Shown: positions 31,720 to 42,000 of the stretch, piece after piece
Layout: every line of letters starts with the position of its first letter
Numbering within the stretch: the stretch's first letter is position 1
DNA from: Kiritimatiellia bacterium
GTDB lineage: Bacteria; Verrucomicrobiota; Kiritimatiellia; UBA8416; JABMPJ01
Assembly: GCA_016783675.1 (NCBI GenBank)
Contig: JADHWE010000005.1
Coordinates: 2,878 to 66,877, forward strand
DNA: 64,000 nucleotides
Direction: 5' to 3'
Notes under the pieces: model-generated
The model's input: the letters and a program-made list of their open reading frames with translations, nothing else
Database searches by the model: none
What the model was told of the DNA's origin: nothing
Position numbers and translations under genes: made by a program

Positions 31720-32727
31720 ATGACGATGACACTACGACCCGATCGAATCATGAAGTTGGCCAGCGCTTTTTATGACTCGTGCGTCCTGTTTACAGCTTCG
31801 GATCTGGGAATCTTCAGGCAGCTTGCCGAATCCGGGTCTGCAGATGCCGCCGAAGTTGCCGCGGCGCTCGAACTGGATCCGCGCGCGACACGCTTGTTGC
31901 TCGATGCCTGTGTGGCGCTGGAGCTGTTGATCAAACAGGACGTATCCTACTGCAACACCCCCGAAACAGCCGCGTTCCTGGTGTCGGGTGCGGCTGGCGA
32001 TCTAAGCCGTGCTATCCGCTATAACCGTGATGTCTACGCAGCGTGGGGGGCGCTCCCGGAGCTGGTCCGCAACGGCAAGCCGGTTGAAGCACCGGAAATC
32101 CATCTTGGCGATAACCCCGCGCGGACACGCGCGTTTGTTATGGCCATGCATGGCCGCGCGATGGGAATCGGCCGCATGGTGATTCCGATGCTGCAGCTCC
32201 CGGAATCGGGACACCTGCTCGATATCGGAGGCGGCTCGGGCGCCTATGCGATCCTGGCGGCACAGCAGCAGCCCGGGTTAACGTGTATGATGATGGACCT
32301 GCCGGGGGTGGTGGCCATTGCCTCGGAGCTGGTAGAAGCGGCCGGCGTATCCGACCGGGTGACCTGTATCGCAGGCGACTATCACACGGCCGAGTTCCCG
32401 GGTGAGAACGATGTCGTCAACATCCTGGGCGTCCTGCACCAGGAATCACCCGAATCGATTGTCGATATCTTCACGCGTTGCCACAAAGCCCTCAAGCCGG
32501 GCGGCGTCATCAACGTGCTGGATATGATGACCGACGCTACACGTTGCCGGCCGTCGTTTTCGGCGCTGTTCGCGGTCAACATGGCCCTGACGACGACAAA
32601 CGGATGGGTATTCTCAGACGAGGACCTGGCGGAATGGCTGACGACAGCGGGATTTGTCGACTTCAGTTGTCAGCCGGTTCCGCCGCCAATGCCACACTGG
32701 TTGGCAAGGGCGCGTAAGCCCGCTTAG
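31720..32727 (+). CDS. Class I SAM-dependent O-methyltransferase (dimerisation domain plus OMT domain)
   Basis: LLDIGGGSGAYAI SAM motif I. The N-terminal helical domain is typical of plant/bacterial small-molecule OMTs. The track start is a GTG at 31708. The ATG at 31720 follows GGAGAGGGAG. Confidence 0.85.
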   Translation: MTMTLRPDRIMKLASAFYDSCVLFTASDLGIFRQLAESGSADAAEVAAALELDPRATRLLLDACVALELLIKQDVSYCNTPETAAFLVSGAAGDLSRAIRYNRDVYAAWGALPELVRNGKPVEAPEIHLGDNPARTRAFVMAMHGRAMGIGRMVIPMLQLPESGHLLDIGGGSGAYAILAAQQQPGLTCMMMDLPGVVAIASELVEAAGVSDRVTCIAGDYHTAEFPGENDVVNILGVLHQESPESIVDIFTRCHKALKPGGVINVLDMMTDATRCRPSFSALFAVNMALTTTNGWVFSDEDLAEWLTTAGFVDFSCQPVPPPMPHWLARARKPA

Positions 32728-33794
32728 TGCCCGCCCTTCTTCGGTGCAGGCTTCTTGGCAGGGGCTTTCTTCTTCTCGGGCTTCTTCCAGATGGCCAGCT
32801 TGTCGATCAGGGCGGCGGCTTTGAGGTGGCGCTGCATATCACCATCGTACTCGCTCAGACGCTGGTAGTAATTGACCGTCTTGCGCTTGCGCTTCTCAAG
32901 CTCTTCAATCTTCTTCTGAGTCGATTCGACCTTCTTTTTCAGCTTCTCGGCTTCACGCAAGAATGGTGTCTTGGCTTTCTCTACCTCGCGTTCGAGGACG
33001 GTAACGGCTTTCTCGAGCGTCAGCTTAGCTCTCTTGACGTGGGCTTCGTTCGATGAACTCCAGCGCTTCGTCGGGTTGGCCGCGATCTCAGCCTTCAATT
33101 TTTCCAAAAGGGCCATATCGGCTTCGCAATCCTTGATTATGAATCTTGCCTCGACGAGTTTTGGGTTGTCTCTGGCCACTTGGCTGGCGGTGGAGTCGTG
33201 CGAGCTGATGCCCAGAAGCGACAACTCGTCGGGCATCTTGACGGAGTGGTGGAATACTTTCTGAAGGGCACTGAGGGCGTTGAGCTTCTGTCCATAGACG
33301 AATGCTTCATCGTATAATTCGTCGAGACGCTTGTTGACAAGTGGGTCGTCGAGGGCGCCTTCCTTTTCCGAGAGCTTCATGGCGCGGTCCTTGAGCTCGC
33401 CCTCCTTCTTTTCGAGTGGTTTACGAAATCGGTCATAAGCTTTGCGGAACTTCTCTTCCTCTTTCTTAGCCTTAGCTATCAGGCTGGGTACCTTTTTACG
33501 GGCACTTCTGCGTACGCGGAGCCCAAAGACGGTGGCGTATTCGTGGGCCTGGTGGTACAGATCCTGTGCCTTGAACCAAGGCGACATCATCCGCGCCTGT
33601 TCCTTCTCAAGGGTCTTGACGTATTCGTGATGCTCTACGGGAATATGCCGTAAACGGGGATCGGGCTTGGGTTTTGCAGCTTTCTGCTCCTTGCCGGGCA
33701 CGGGCTTGGCGGCCGGCTGCGCGGCGTCAAGTCGACAGGATCCGCTGAGCGTGATGAAACAGATAGCCAGGAAACAAATATAAGAGCGCTTCAT
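32724..33794 (-). CDS. Hypothetical coiled-coil secreted protein or lipoprotein with a Lys-rich tail
   Basis: The ATG at 33794 follows GGGGGAGAAAG and gives MKRSYICFLAICFITLSGSCRLDAA (lipobox-like LSGSC). Long Lys/Glu-rich helical sequence. Tail KKPEKKKAPAKKPAPKKGGH. Confidence 0.6.
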   Translation of the reverse strand: MKRSYICFLAICFITLSGSCRLDAAQPAAKPVPGKEQKAAKPKPDPRLRHIPVEHHEYVKTLEKEQARMMSPWFKAQDLYHQAHEYATVFGLRVRRSARKKVPSLIAKAKKEEEKFRKAYDRFRKPLEKKEGELKDRAMKLSEKEGALDDPLVNKRLDELYDEAFVYGQKLNALSALQKVFHHSVKMPDELSLLGISSHDSTASQVARDNPKLVEARFIIKDCEADMALLEKLKAEIAANPTKRWSSSNEAHVKRAKLTLEKAVTVLEREVEKAKTPFLREAEKLKKKVESTQKKIEELEKRKRKTVNYYQRLSEYDGDMQRHLKAAALIDKLAIWKKPEKKKAPAKKPAPKKGGH

Positions 33795-33833
33795 AATGGA
33801 ATACTTTCTCCCCCTGGACACCTCCCCACCCAT

Positions 33834-34589
33834 CTAATACCGGTCTTCGTGTGCGAGGGCCTTCTCGATGGCATCGCCCTGTTCGGCCAGGCTCATCAAT
33901 GATTTCGCCAGGTCCTCGGGATCGCACGTGGCGCGCAGGTAGGCATCGACCATCGCAAAACACTTCTTGCCGTCGAGCTCGGCCACGGCAATGGCGCCAT
34001 AAGGAATGGCCATGTTCAGCTTGAGCGCCCATTCATAGCGCACCTCGTCGGCATCTCCGCACGGGGTGCAGAGCTGGACCATGGCCCGGTCATCATTATC
34101 TTTCTTTGAAAAGTCGATCCAGACCTGCTGGGAGCGGTTTTCGGGCAGGGAGACGGTCAGGGCATACTCTTGGCCGCTGCCGCTCACGGCAACGGGAAGA
34201 CCTTCAATGGCTGCCGCCAGCAGTGAGTCGTCTGGCAGGATACCGTCCGTCGCCGTAGCCCGCAGCTCGGGGTCCTCCAGCAGCCACTGTCGCCATGCCT
34301 TGATATCGGTGCCGAAGTCCTGACCGCTGATCGTACACAGCGCATTGAGCGTGTCGGTCTCGTTCTTGCCCCGCTCGAGAACGCCGACCAGCGGCCCGAT
34401 CGCCCGATCGTTTCCGATCTCGGTCAAAATCCGGATGGCCGACCAGCGCACCGACTCGCTACGGTCGTGCAGTAGCGGCAAGACGGTATCGATGCAGCCT
34501 TCACCTTCGTCTACCGCAGCTTCAATCATGCGGGCGCGCGTTTCAAAATTGCGCAGCCCGCGTCGCAGATCGTCTCGTTCCATGCTCAT
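33834..34589 (-). CDS. HEAT-repeat protein with a YbjN-like C-terminal domain
   Basis: 251 aa. LPLLHDRSESVRWSAIRILTEIGNDRAIGPLVGVLE is a PBS-lyase/HEAT-type repeat. The C-terminal half is only tentatively YbjN/chaperone-like. Confidence 0.6.
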   Translation of the reverse strand: MSMERDDLRRGLRNFETRARMIEAAVDEGEGCIDTVLPLLHDRSESVRWSAIRILTEIGNDRAIGPLVGVLERGKNETDTLNALCTISGQDFGTDIKAWRQWLLEDPELRATATDGILPDDSLLAAAIEGLPVAVSGSGQEYALTVSLPENRSQQVWIDFSKKDNDDRAMVQLCTPCGDADEVRYEWALKLNMAIPYGAIAVAELDGKKCFAMVDAYLRATCDPEDLAKSLMSLAEQGDAIEKALAHEDRY

Positions 34590-34604
34590 ATGACTGTCCC
34601 GTTT

Positions 34605-34823
34605 CTATTTCAGTTTCTCGGCCACATAAGCCGCCTGTTCGGCGTCGAGGCCATCAGCAAAGCCGCTGTCGACCTCGCTCAGCACCTGTTTGACGGTCTC
34701 GCCATCGGTTGCCTCGCGCAGCTGGGTCACCTCGGTCGGCATCAGGTCGACCTTCGTACCGTCTTCCTTGATAATCGAGCAGATGCCTGTTTCGGGGCAG
34801 AGCTGTATGTTCAGGTTATCCAT
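34605..34823 (-). CDS. Small hypothetical acidic protein (72 aa)
   Basis: ORF ends 15 nt upstream of the HEAT gene on the same strand. Sensible composition. No recognised motif. Confidence 0.45.
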   Translation of the reverse strand: MDNLNIQLCPETGICSIIKEDGTKVDLMPTEVTQLREATDGETVKQVLSEVDSGFADGLDAEQAAYVAEKLK

Positions 34824-34903
34824 GGTTGTTTTCCGTTTCTTCTGACAGGATTAACAGGATGGACTGGATAGTGCCTCGCTGCGCTCGGCAGGGGGGACCG
34901 TTC

Positions 34904-36109
34904 CTATGCCTTCACTGAGAATCCCAAGTTCCTAATACTGTCTTGCAGAGCAGATAGTGTGTCTTTTGCCTGCACTTCAGTAAAGCGAAACTCGCGGCGG
35001 ATGGGGTAAGCCTTCCTTAAGCCGTCAAAATGGGCACGCCGTTCCGCCTCGCCACCGGCCGGCACGGCGCGCATGCGGGCATCGTCGGCTTCGATGTCAT
35101 ACACGCTGCGGACCAGTTCCCAGAGCGCGGCCTCTGTCGACAGGTCGGGATCCGCCCGTAATTCCGGCACGACCGGGGGCGGAAGGAGCGCGTCGGGGGT
35201 CCAGGAGGGTGGCTCATCGAGGAAGCGACAGGCCTCGCGGTAGACCGTGACGGTGCCCATGTATTTGCCTTCGTACGAATAGCCGGCAATATGTGGGCTG
35301 GCGATGGCAACTCTCTCCAGGAGATCCGTCCGGAAGTCCGGTTCGCCCTCCCAGGTATCGATAATGGCATGCGCGACGATGCCGCGGTCCATCGCGCGCA
35401 GTAGTGCGTCCGTATCAACAATCGGGCCGCGGGCGGCGTTTACGAAGATGCAGCCGGGTTTGAGCTGGGCAAAGAAATCATCATCGGCCAAGTGGTAAGT
35501 GGCATCCTTCCCTTCGTACGTCAGGGGCGTGTGAAGGGTGACGATGTCGGAATGGGCCAATACATCAGGCAGCGCCGCCCAACTTGTTCCGACTTCCGAT
35601 TTCCGATTTCCGATTTCCGACCTCTGGCCTCCGACTTCCGGCGCGCGGTCCCCCGCGCGCTCACGCGGCGGGTCATTAGGGAGCATCGTCATGCCCAGGG
35701 CGGCGGCCTTCTTAACCACACGTGTGCCGACATTGCCGACGCCGATGACGCCAATCGTCTTGCCGGCCAAAGCAATACCGTGTTTCTGCCCCACGCAGAG
35801 CAGGGCAGCAGTGAGATACTCGGACACGCTGTTGGCATTGCAGCCGGCCGCGGAACACCAGCGGATGCCGCGCTCCTCGAGATAGGGAATATCAATGTGG
35901 TCGGTACCGATCGTGGCCGTGCCGTAGAACTCGACCTGGCTGTCCTCGAGAAGTGCCGGCGTGATGGGGGTGGTGGATCGGGTAACGAGCAGATCCGCAT
36001 CGCGGACGTCGTCCGCCGTAATGTCGCGACCATCCAGCAACGTGACATCACCCAGCGTGCCGAACGCTTCGGCTACAAACGGCATATTCTTGGCGGCTAC
36101 GATCTTCAT
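34904..36109 (-). CDS. pdxB: 4-phosphoerythronate dehydrogenase (D-2-hydroxyacid dehydrogenase family) with a repeat-encoded loop insertion
   Basis: 401 aa. N-terminus and GTATIGTDHID, GVIGVGNVGTRV (NAD motif), NAARGPIVD and SPHIAGYSYEGK follow the PdxB pattern as I recall it from E. coli. An extra segment of about 20 aa, APEVGGQRSEIGNRKSEVGTS, is present. Confidence 0.85.
   Translation of the reverse strand: MKIVAAKNMPFVAEAFGTLGDVTLLDGRDITADDVRDADLLVTRSTTPITPALLEDSQVEFYGTATIGTDHIDIPYLEERGIRWCSAAGCNANSVSEYLTAALLCVGQKHGIALAGKTIGVIGVGNVGTRVVKKAAALGMTMLPNDPPRERAGDRAPEVGGQRSEIGNRKSEVGTSWAALPDVLAHSDIVTLHTPLTYEGKDATYHLADDDFFAQLKPGCIFVNAARGPIVDTDALLRAMDRGIVAHAIIDTWEGEPDFRTDLLERVAIASPHIAGYSYEGKYMGTVTVYREACRFLDEPPSWTPDALLPPPVVPELRADPDLSTEAALWELVRSVYDIEADDARMRAVPAGGEAERRAHFDGLRKAYPIRREFRFTEVQAKDTLSALQDSIRNLGFSVKA
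35587..35642. repeat. Heptanucleotide tandem tract (TTCCGAY x5 plus 3 degenerate units) inside pdxB
   Basis: TTCCGAC TTCCGAT TTCCGAT TTCCGAT TTCCGAC CTCTGGC CTCCGAC TTCCGGC read directly. Confidence 0.85.
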
Positions 36110-36193
36110 GTTTTCTTTACGTTCGTCTTTATCACCATAGCTTCAGCGACAGCGGGCCAGTGTAGTAACTGAAACGTCCGCGTAGCAAGTGCC

Positions 36194-36270
36194 TGTCATT
36201 CCGAGCGAAGTCGAGGAATCTCTAAGTTACTGTGCGCCACAGAGATCCCTCGGCAAGCTCGGGATGACAT
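36194..36270. repeat. Long imperfect palindrome between lon and pdxB
   Basis: TGTCATTCCGAGCGAAGTCGAGGAATCTCT (36194-36223) versus AGAGATCCCTCGGCAAGCTCGGGATGACA(T) (36241-36270). Blocks of 5-6 bp pair, with a few mismatches. No T-tract, so terminator function is unproven. Confidence 0.5.
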
Positions 36271-36308
36271 CGTAAATACTCGCCCTTTGCGGGGCCAGTG
36301 TCACAATA

Positions 36309-38756
36309 CTAGAAACAGATCTTCACTACCTCCGGGAACGTTGAGACGTAGTTGGGTTTCAGGCCCTTGCGAATATGGGCGGGAAGCTCCTCGAAGTCTT
36401 TGCGGTTGGCTTCGGGGAAGACCAGGCTGTGGATACCGGCCCGTTTGGCGGCGATGGTCTTCTCTTTGATTCCGCCGATCGGCATGACGCGTCCGGTAAG
36501 GGTCAACTCACCGGTCATGGCAAAGCCTTTCTTGATCCGCTTGCCGGTTGTCAGCGAATAGAGCGCCGAGGCCATCGTAATGCCTGCCGAGGGTCCATCT
36601 TTGGGCGTGGCGCCCGCTGGGACATGCAGGTGGATGAACTGATGCTGCAACACGGCGGAGGCTTTCTTGTTGTCGCTGAGAAAGCCCCTTATATAGGTAT
36701 AGGCGATCTCAGTGGACTCCACCATCACGTCGCCAAGCTGGCCGGTTTGCTTGAAGCCGGGTTTGCCGGTATCCACGCTCGTGGCCTCGATCGCCAGCGT
36801 ATCGCCGCCCATGCTGGTCCACGCGAGGCCGGTCACAACGCCCACGGTGGGATTTTTGAAGAAGTCATCATCCGTAAACACCGGCTTGCCCAGCAGCGGT
36901 TCGACGTCCTTGGCATCGATCGTGATCTTCTCGTCGTGGCCCTCGACGATGCGCTTGACCGATTTGCGCACGATGCGCTTGATATGGTTTTCGACCCCAC
37001 GCACACCCGGTTCGCGGGCGTACCCATCGATGATCCGGCGCAGGCCGCGCATCGTGATGGCGAGCTGTGACCGTTTGAGGCCATGCGCCTTGAGCTGCTT
37101 GGGGAACAGGTAGCGCCGCGCAATCTGCAGCTTCTCCTCCAGGATGTAGCCGGACAGCTTGATGATCTCCATGCGGTCGATAAGCGGGCGCGGGATGGTA
37201 TCGAGCTGGTTTGCCGTGCAGATGAAGAACACGTTGGAGAGATCGAATCGCACATCGAGGTAGTGGTCTAAGAAATCTCTATTCTGTTCAGGATCAAGGA
37301 CTTCCAGAAGCGCCGATGCCGGATCCCCCCGGTAGCTCTGGCCGATCTTATCGATCTCGTCGAGCATGATCACGGGATTGGCACTCTTGCAGGTCTTGAT
37401 GGCCTGGATGAATTTGCCCGGCAGGGCGCCGATGTAGGTGCGGCGGTGCCCCTTGATTTCGGCTTCATCCTGGATGCCGCCCACGGAGAAGCGGTAGAAG
37501 TTGCGGCCGATACTGCGTGCGATGGACTGACCGATCGAGGTCTTGCCTACACCCGGCGGGCCTACAAAGCAGAGGATCGAGCCGGAAATGTTGCCCTTCA
37601 TGATGCCAACGGCAAGGAATTCCAGGATGCGATTCTTCACGTCTTCGAGTCCGTAGTGATCGCGGTTGAGGATCCGCCCCGCTTTGGCGATGTCGTAGCT
37701 GTCTTTTGTGAAGATGCCCCACGGCAGAACGGTCAGCCAGTCGAGGTAACTGCGCGACACGTTGAACTCGGGCGAGGTGGGCTCGATCAGCTTGAGCTTG
37801 TTCATCTCCTCGTCGATTCGTTCGCGGGCCTCGTCGGTGAGGGTCAGCGTCTTGATGCGCTTCTCGAACCGCTCCGCCTCGGCTTCCTTGCCTTCTTTCT
37901 CGATGCCCAGCTCCTTTTTAATGGCTTTGAGTTGCTCGCGGAGGAAGAACTGGCGCTGCCGGGTCGTCAGTTTCTCTTCGATCTGCTTGCTGATCTTCAC
38001 CTGCAGCTTGGAGATATCGATCTCTTTCTGCAGGAGTAGCAGCACCTTGCCCAAGCGGGTGCGGATGCGGACGGCGGCGAGCACTTCCTGCAGCTCCTGC
38101 GGTTCCGAGCTGGTCATGGCGGCGGCAAAGTCGGCCAGGCACCCCGGTTCGTTGACGGGCGACTGCGCCATCAGGAGCGCCATCTCCTCGCGATGGAGCG
38201 GATTGAGCTGGATCAACTCTTTCAGGCTCTTCACCACGGCCAGCGAATAGGCTTTCAACTCATCGTTCCGGGCCATCTCCGTTTCGAAGAGGTACTCGAC
38301 CGATGCGACGATGTGGGGGCTCTCCTGTGCAATGCCGGTGATCCGGAAACGTTCGAGGGCGCCGAGGAGAACTTGGATGGGGCCCTTGGGCTGCGGCTGC
38401 TGGAGATCCAGAATTTCGGCGATAACACCGACGCGATAGAGGTCGGACCCCTTCGGCGGGCCATCCTCGTCCCCGTTGACGGAGCTGGGTTTGCGCATGA
38501 CCAGGCCCACGAACTTCGTGCCGGCCTCGAACGTCTCCACCAGCATATCGCGCAGCGGATCGTTATCGACGATCATCGGGACCTGCATCTTCGGAAAGAG
38601 CGGCCGGTGATTCAGAGGAATGATAGGCAACTGTCCCGGAAAGACATCGCGCGCCAACACGAGATCCGTCTCGTTGGATGTCGCGCCATCCTCATCGGAG
38701 ATCAACTCCGCATCGATCGGAACATCGTCCGGTTCGACTCTCTTTTTTCTGGCCAT
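36309..38756 (-). CDS. lon: ATP-dependent Lon protease
   Basis: 815 aa. Walker A GPPGVGKTS. Lon N-domain. Proteolytic Ser motif PKDGPSAGITMASAL. Confidence 0.97.
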   Translation of the reverse strand: MARKKRVEPDDVPIDAELISDEDGATSNETDLVLARDVFPGQLPIIPLNHRPLFPKMQVPMIVDNDPLRDMLVETFEAGTKFVGLVMRKPSSVNGDEDGPPKGSDLYRVGVIAEILDLQQPQPKGPIQVLLGALERFRITGIAQESPHIVASVEYLFETEMARNDELKAYSLAVVKSLKELIQLNPLHREEMALLMAQSPVNEPGCLADFAAAMTSSEPQELQEVLAAVRIRTRLGKVLLLLQKEIDISKLQVKISKQIEEKLTTRQRQFFLREQLKAIKKELGIEKEGKEAEAERFEKRIKTLTLTDEARERIDEEMNKLKLIEPTSPEFNVSRSYLDWLTVLPWGIFTKDSYDIAKAGRILNRDHYGLEDVKNRILEFLAVGIMKGNISGSILCFVGPPGVGKTSIGQSIARSIGRNFYRFSVGGIQDEAEIKGHRRTYIGALPGKFIQAIKTCKSANPVIMLDEIDKIGQSYRGDPASALLEVLDPEQNRDFLDHYLDVRFDLSNVFFICTANQLDTIPRPLIDRMEIIKLSGYILEEKLQIARRYLFPKQLKAHGLKRSQLAITMRGLRRIIDGYAREPGVRGVENHIKRIVRKSVKRIVEGHDEKITIDAKDVEPLLGKPVFTDDDFFKNPTVGVVTGLAWTSMGGDTLAIEATSVDTGKPGFKQTGQLGDVMVESTEIAYTYIRGFLSDNKKASAVLQHQFIHLHVPAGATPKDGPSAGITMASALYSLTTGKRIKKGFAMTGELTLTGRVMPIGGIKEKTIAAKRAGIHSLVFPEANRKDFEELPAHIRKGLKPNYVSTFPEVVKICF

Positions 38757-38901
38757 AGCAACTCTCCCGGGGCCTACCCCTAAATCAGAAGCATCATCCT
38801 GATGTTACCCCCGCCCCCTGGCCATGCAAACCAGAAAGTGACAGATGATAGGGTGATAGAGGTGGTGAAAAGAAGGGGGTCTGCCATGGGAAAGGTGAGA
38901 T

Positions 38902-38976
38902 TGGCTCCGGCGGCTGGGCTCGAACCAGCAACCAAGTGATTAACAGTCACCTACTCTACCATTGAGCTACGCCGGA
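38902..38976 (-). tRNA. tRNA-Asn (anticodon GTT)
   Basis: Reverse complement folds as acceptor TCCGGCG/CGCCGGA, D arm GCTC-AATGGTA-GAGT, anticodon stem GGTGA/TCACT with loop CTGTTAA, T arm GCTGG-TTCGAGC-CCAGC, encoded CCA. 75 nt. Confidence 0.9.
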
Positions 38977-39050
38977 ACACTTGAAACGGGCGCATAAGAT
39001 AGCATGTGCGCGGATGAAGTCAATACGACAGTAGGACTTTTCCAGACGCC

Positions 39051-42000
39051 CTATTGCTCCACAAGAATGCAGTAGAAGGTGCTGTGTCCGCCGGAAGGCA
39101 CGTAGAGCGTCATGCTCTCAGCAGTAGCCATGGCGGACGCCGACGAAAGCGGGCCAAACTCGCGGGATGCCACGGACTGTAGCGCCCAACTGGCATTACT
39201 CAAGTCGGTGCAGGAACGCACACTGTAGGTACGCCCGGGCACGGTCGTAAACGTCACCGGAACGCGACCGGCCTGATGGTGGGCAACATGAACGACGTGG
39301 AACACGCTTAACGGATCGTTTGGATCCGTGCCGGCAATCCACTCCTTCCACGCAGGCATGCCGTCGTCATCCAGATCAAGCTCGTCTTGAACGGCGAATC
39401 CACCGTTGGTCAGGTCGTGTGCCGCCAGCCACCAGAAGGGCGTTCCTCGTGCAGTGGTTTCGTCAACAAAGGTGGCCCCAATCTGCCGCGGGTGACTGAT
39501 GCGGACCAGGATCTGGGTATGGACCGTGTCACATCCGTTCGTGTCGCCCTCCCATGCCCCGAACGCAGAGTAGAGACTCGCTGTTGCCGACATCCAGAAA
39601 CTTGTACTGTTTTCAAACCAGCCTGGGTCCACGGACACGCCTCCGTTTCCGGTGGCGTATGTGTGGAGCCAGTAGTTCGTCTCCCAATGCCAGATCACGC
39701 TGGTATCGTTGGTAAGGATGAACGATCCCGTATTCGTACTTGTTCCGGTTGCGGGAGCACAGCCTGTCCCTTGCCATCCTGTGCAGAGGAACATGCTATT
39801 GTCTTCAAGCACCGGAGAATCGACAACGGAGCAGACCACCGTAGCTCCCGCCGCGAAAACATTCTCGCCGAGAGCCGGTGTAGTCGTTCCATGTTCAGAC
39901 TCTACGGACAGCATGAAGTTATCCATGTACACGCCACTGACTACCACGTCATCAATATTCCAGCCGGGGTGTGTCTCCGATGAGTCGGTCGGGCCCATCG
40001 ACCAGCGAAGGAACACCGAGGACTGATTGTCGGCAACGCCGGAGATATCATAGATGACATTGGACCACGCGGCATCGGAGATGGTGCCGCCGTCATGGGA
40101 CCACACAGACGTCCAATGTGTGCCATTGCTGCTGACCTCAACCTGTGCGTGATCAAACGCTGAGTGTTCAACGCCGAGCCACCTGTAGAACGACAAGACA
40201 ACATCCCGGTAGTTTGAGCAATCCAGGCTACCCGTTGTCAGATATCGATTCGTGAGATCGTTCTCGTAGTCCCCGTTCAGGTTGTAGCCATATACGTTGA
40301 TATCCGTGTGACCGCCCAACGGATCCCCGGCATGAGAGCCGTTGCCCAGCGGTGTGCCAAATGCCCAGCCGGCTTCAGCTGTCCATCCTGGATTGCTGTC
40401 GAAGGTGAAGTTGTGGATGGGGTCGCCGTCTGGTGGGCTAATAATCAAGCGCACGTCACGTTGTTGAACGCATCCGCTGGTGGTGTTCGACACGGAGACT
40501 TGGGTGAAGTAGACACCCGGCGAAAAGCTGGTGATCTGGTCATTCAAGACCACATAGAACAACCCTACTTCTCCTGCTGTGAGGGTTCCGTTGGATACGG
40601 GGATATCGATCCAAGATACGGAACGTGACCCTTCCCATGTCACTGACACGCCGGCTTCATTTGTCATGGCGAAGTCGCCCCAATCGGTCGTGGGCATTTC
40701 ACCCCATGATGTTTCGAATTCCACTGTGTCGGGCGCCATCGCGATTTCGGGCGCCATCACATCGAATACCACGGGAACAACGACTTGTGGCTGTTCAACA
40801 TCATCGGTGGCGATGATGATTTCGCCCTGATACTCGCCCGGCTTCAGATCCGACGCATCCAGAATCGCTTCGACATCAACGGCTGCGCCGGGGACGATAG
40901 CTGCCGCTGAGTCGGGCACTACCGTCAGCCACGGTGCCCACATCCCGGCAACGGCACTGGCTAGATTGAGGCGTCCACCGGACACACATTCTCCTGGAAG
41001 TGTAGGGTCGGCAGTTTCCATGAGCACTGCCCTGATTTGGGCCGGTGTCAACATGGGGTTGATGGCTCTGAGCATGGCGCTTGCACCGGCCACATGCGGC
41101 GTGGCCATGGACGTGCCGCTCATCGTCTGATAGTCGTTCCCCGGCTTGCAGCTTAGGATATCGCTGCCCGGGGCGCCTATATCGACCGAAGTTTCACCGT
41201 AGTTAGAGAAATAGGACCGACTATCCTCATGGTCCGTTGACATCACGGCAATGATATTCTCCGAGTCGTAACCGGCCGGGTATTGCGGAGAGGCGTCGTT
41301 GTCGTTCCCATAGTCGTTGCCTGCTGCTGCGGCAAATACAACGCCTGTGGTGCCGGCCGCATCAATGGCATCCTTCAGCGCTTGTGAATAGCCCCCGCCG
41401 CCCCAGGAATTGTTCATGACGTGGGCGCCCATGGCCGTTGCGTATTCGATGCAGGAAATGGCATCTACCGTGGACCCGGAACCGAACGAGCTGAGGAACT
41501 TCAGTGCCATGATCCGTACCTGCCAGTTCACGCCGACCACACCAATACCGTTGTCTCCTTCTGCCCCAATGGTTCCGGCACAGTGAGTGCCGTGACCATG
41601 GTCGTCCATAGGATCTGCATCGCTGTTATGGAAGTCGTACCCATAGACATCATCCACATAGCCGTTTCCGTCATCATCGATGCCGTTGGAAGCGATTTCC
41701 CCCTCATTGGTCCATACGTTGGCCACCAGGTCCTCATGGGTGTAATCCACACCGGTGTCAATTACGGCAACCACCACGTCTCGGCGCCCCACATGCATAT
41801 CCCATGCTTCGGGCGCATCGATATCAGCATCTTCAGTGCCTCCCGTCTGTCCGGTGTTGTGCATGCCCCAGAGCTCATCGAAGTCAACGTCATCGGGAAT
41901 GGTCCCAAATGCCTTCACCTCGTAATTGGGTTCCGCATACAGGATGCCAGCGTCCGCGTTGAGTGACTGTAGGGCCTCGGATACTTCCGTGGACGTCGGC

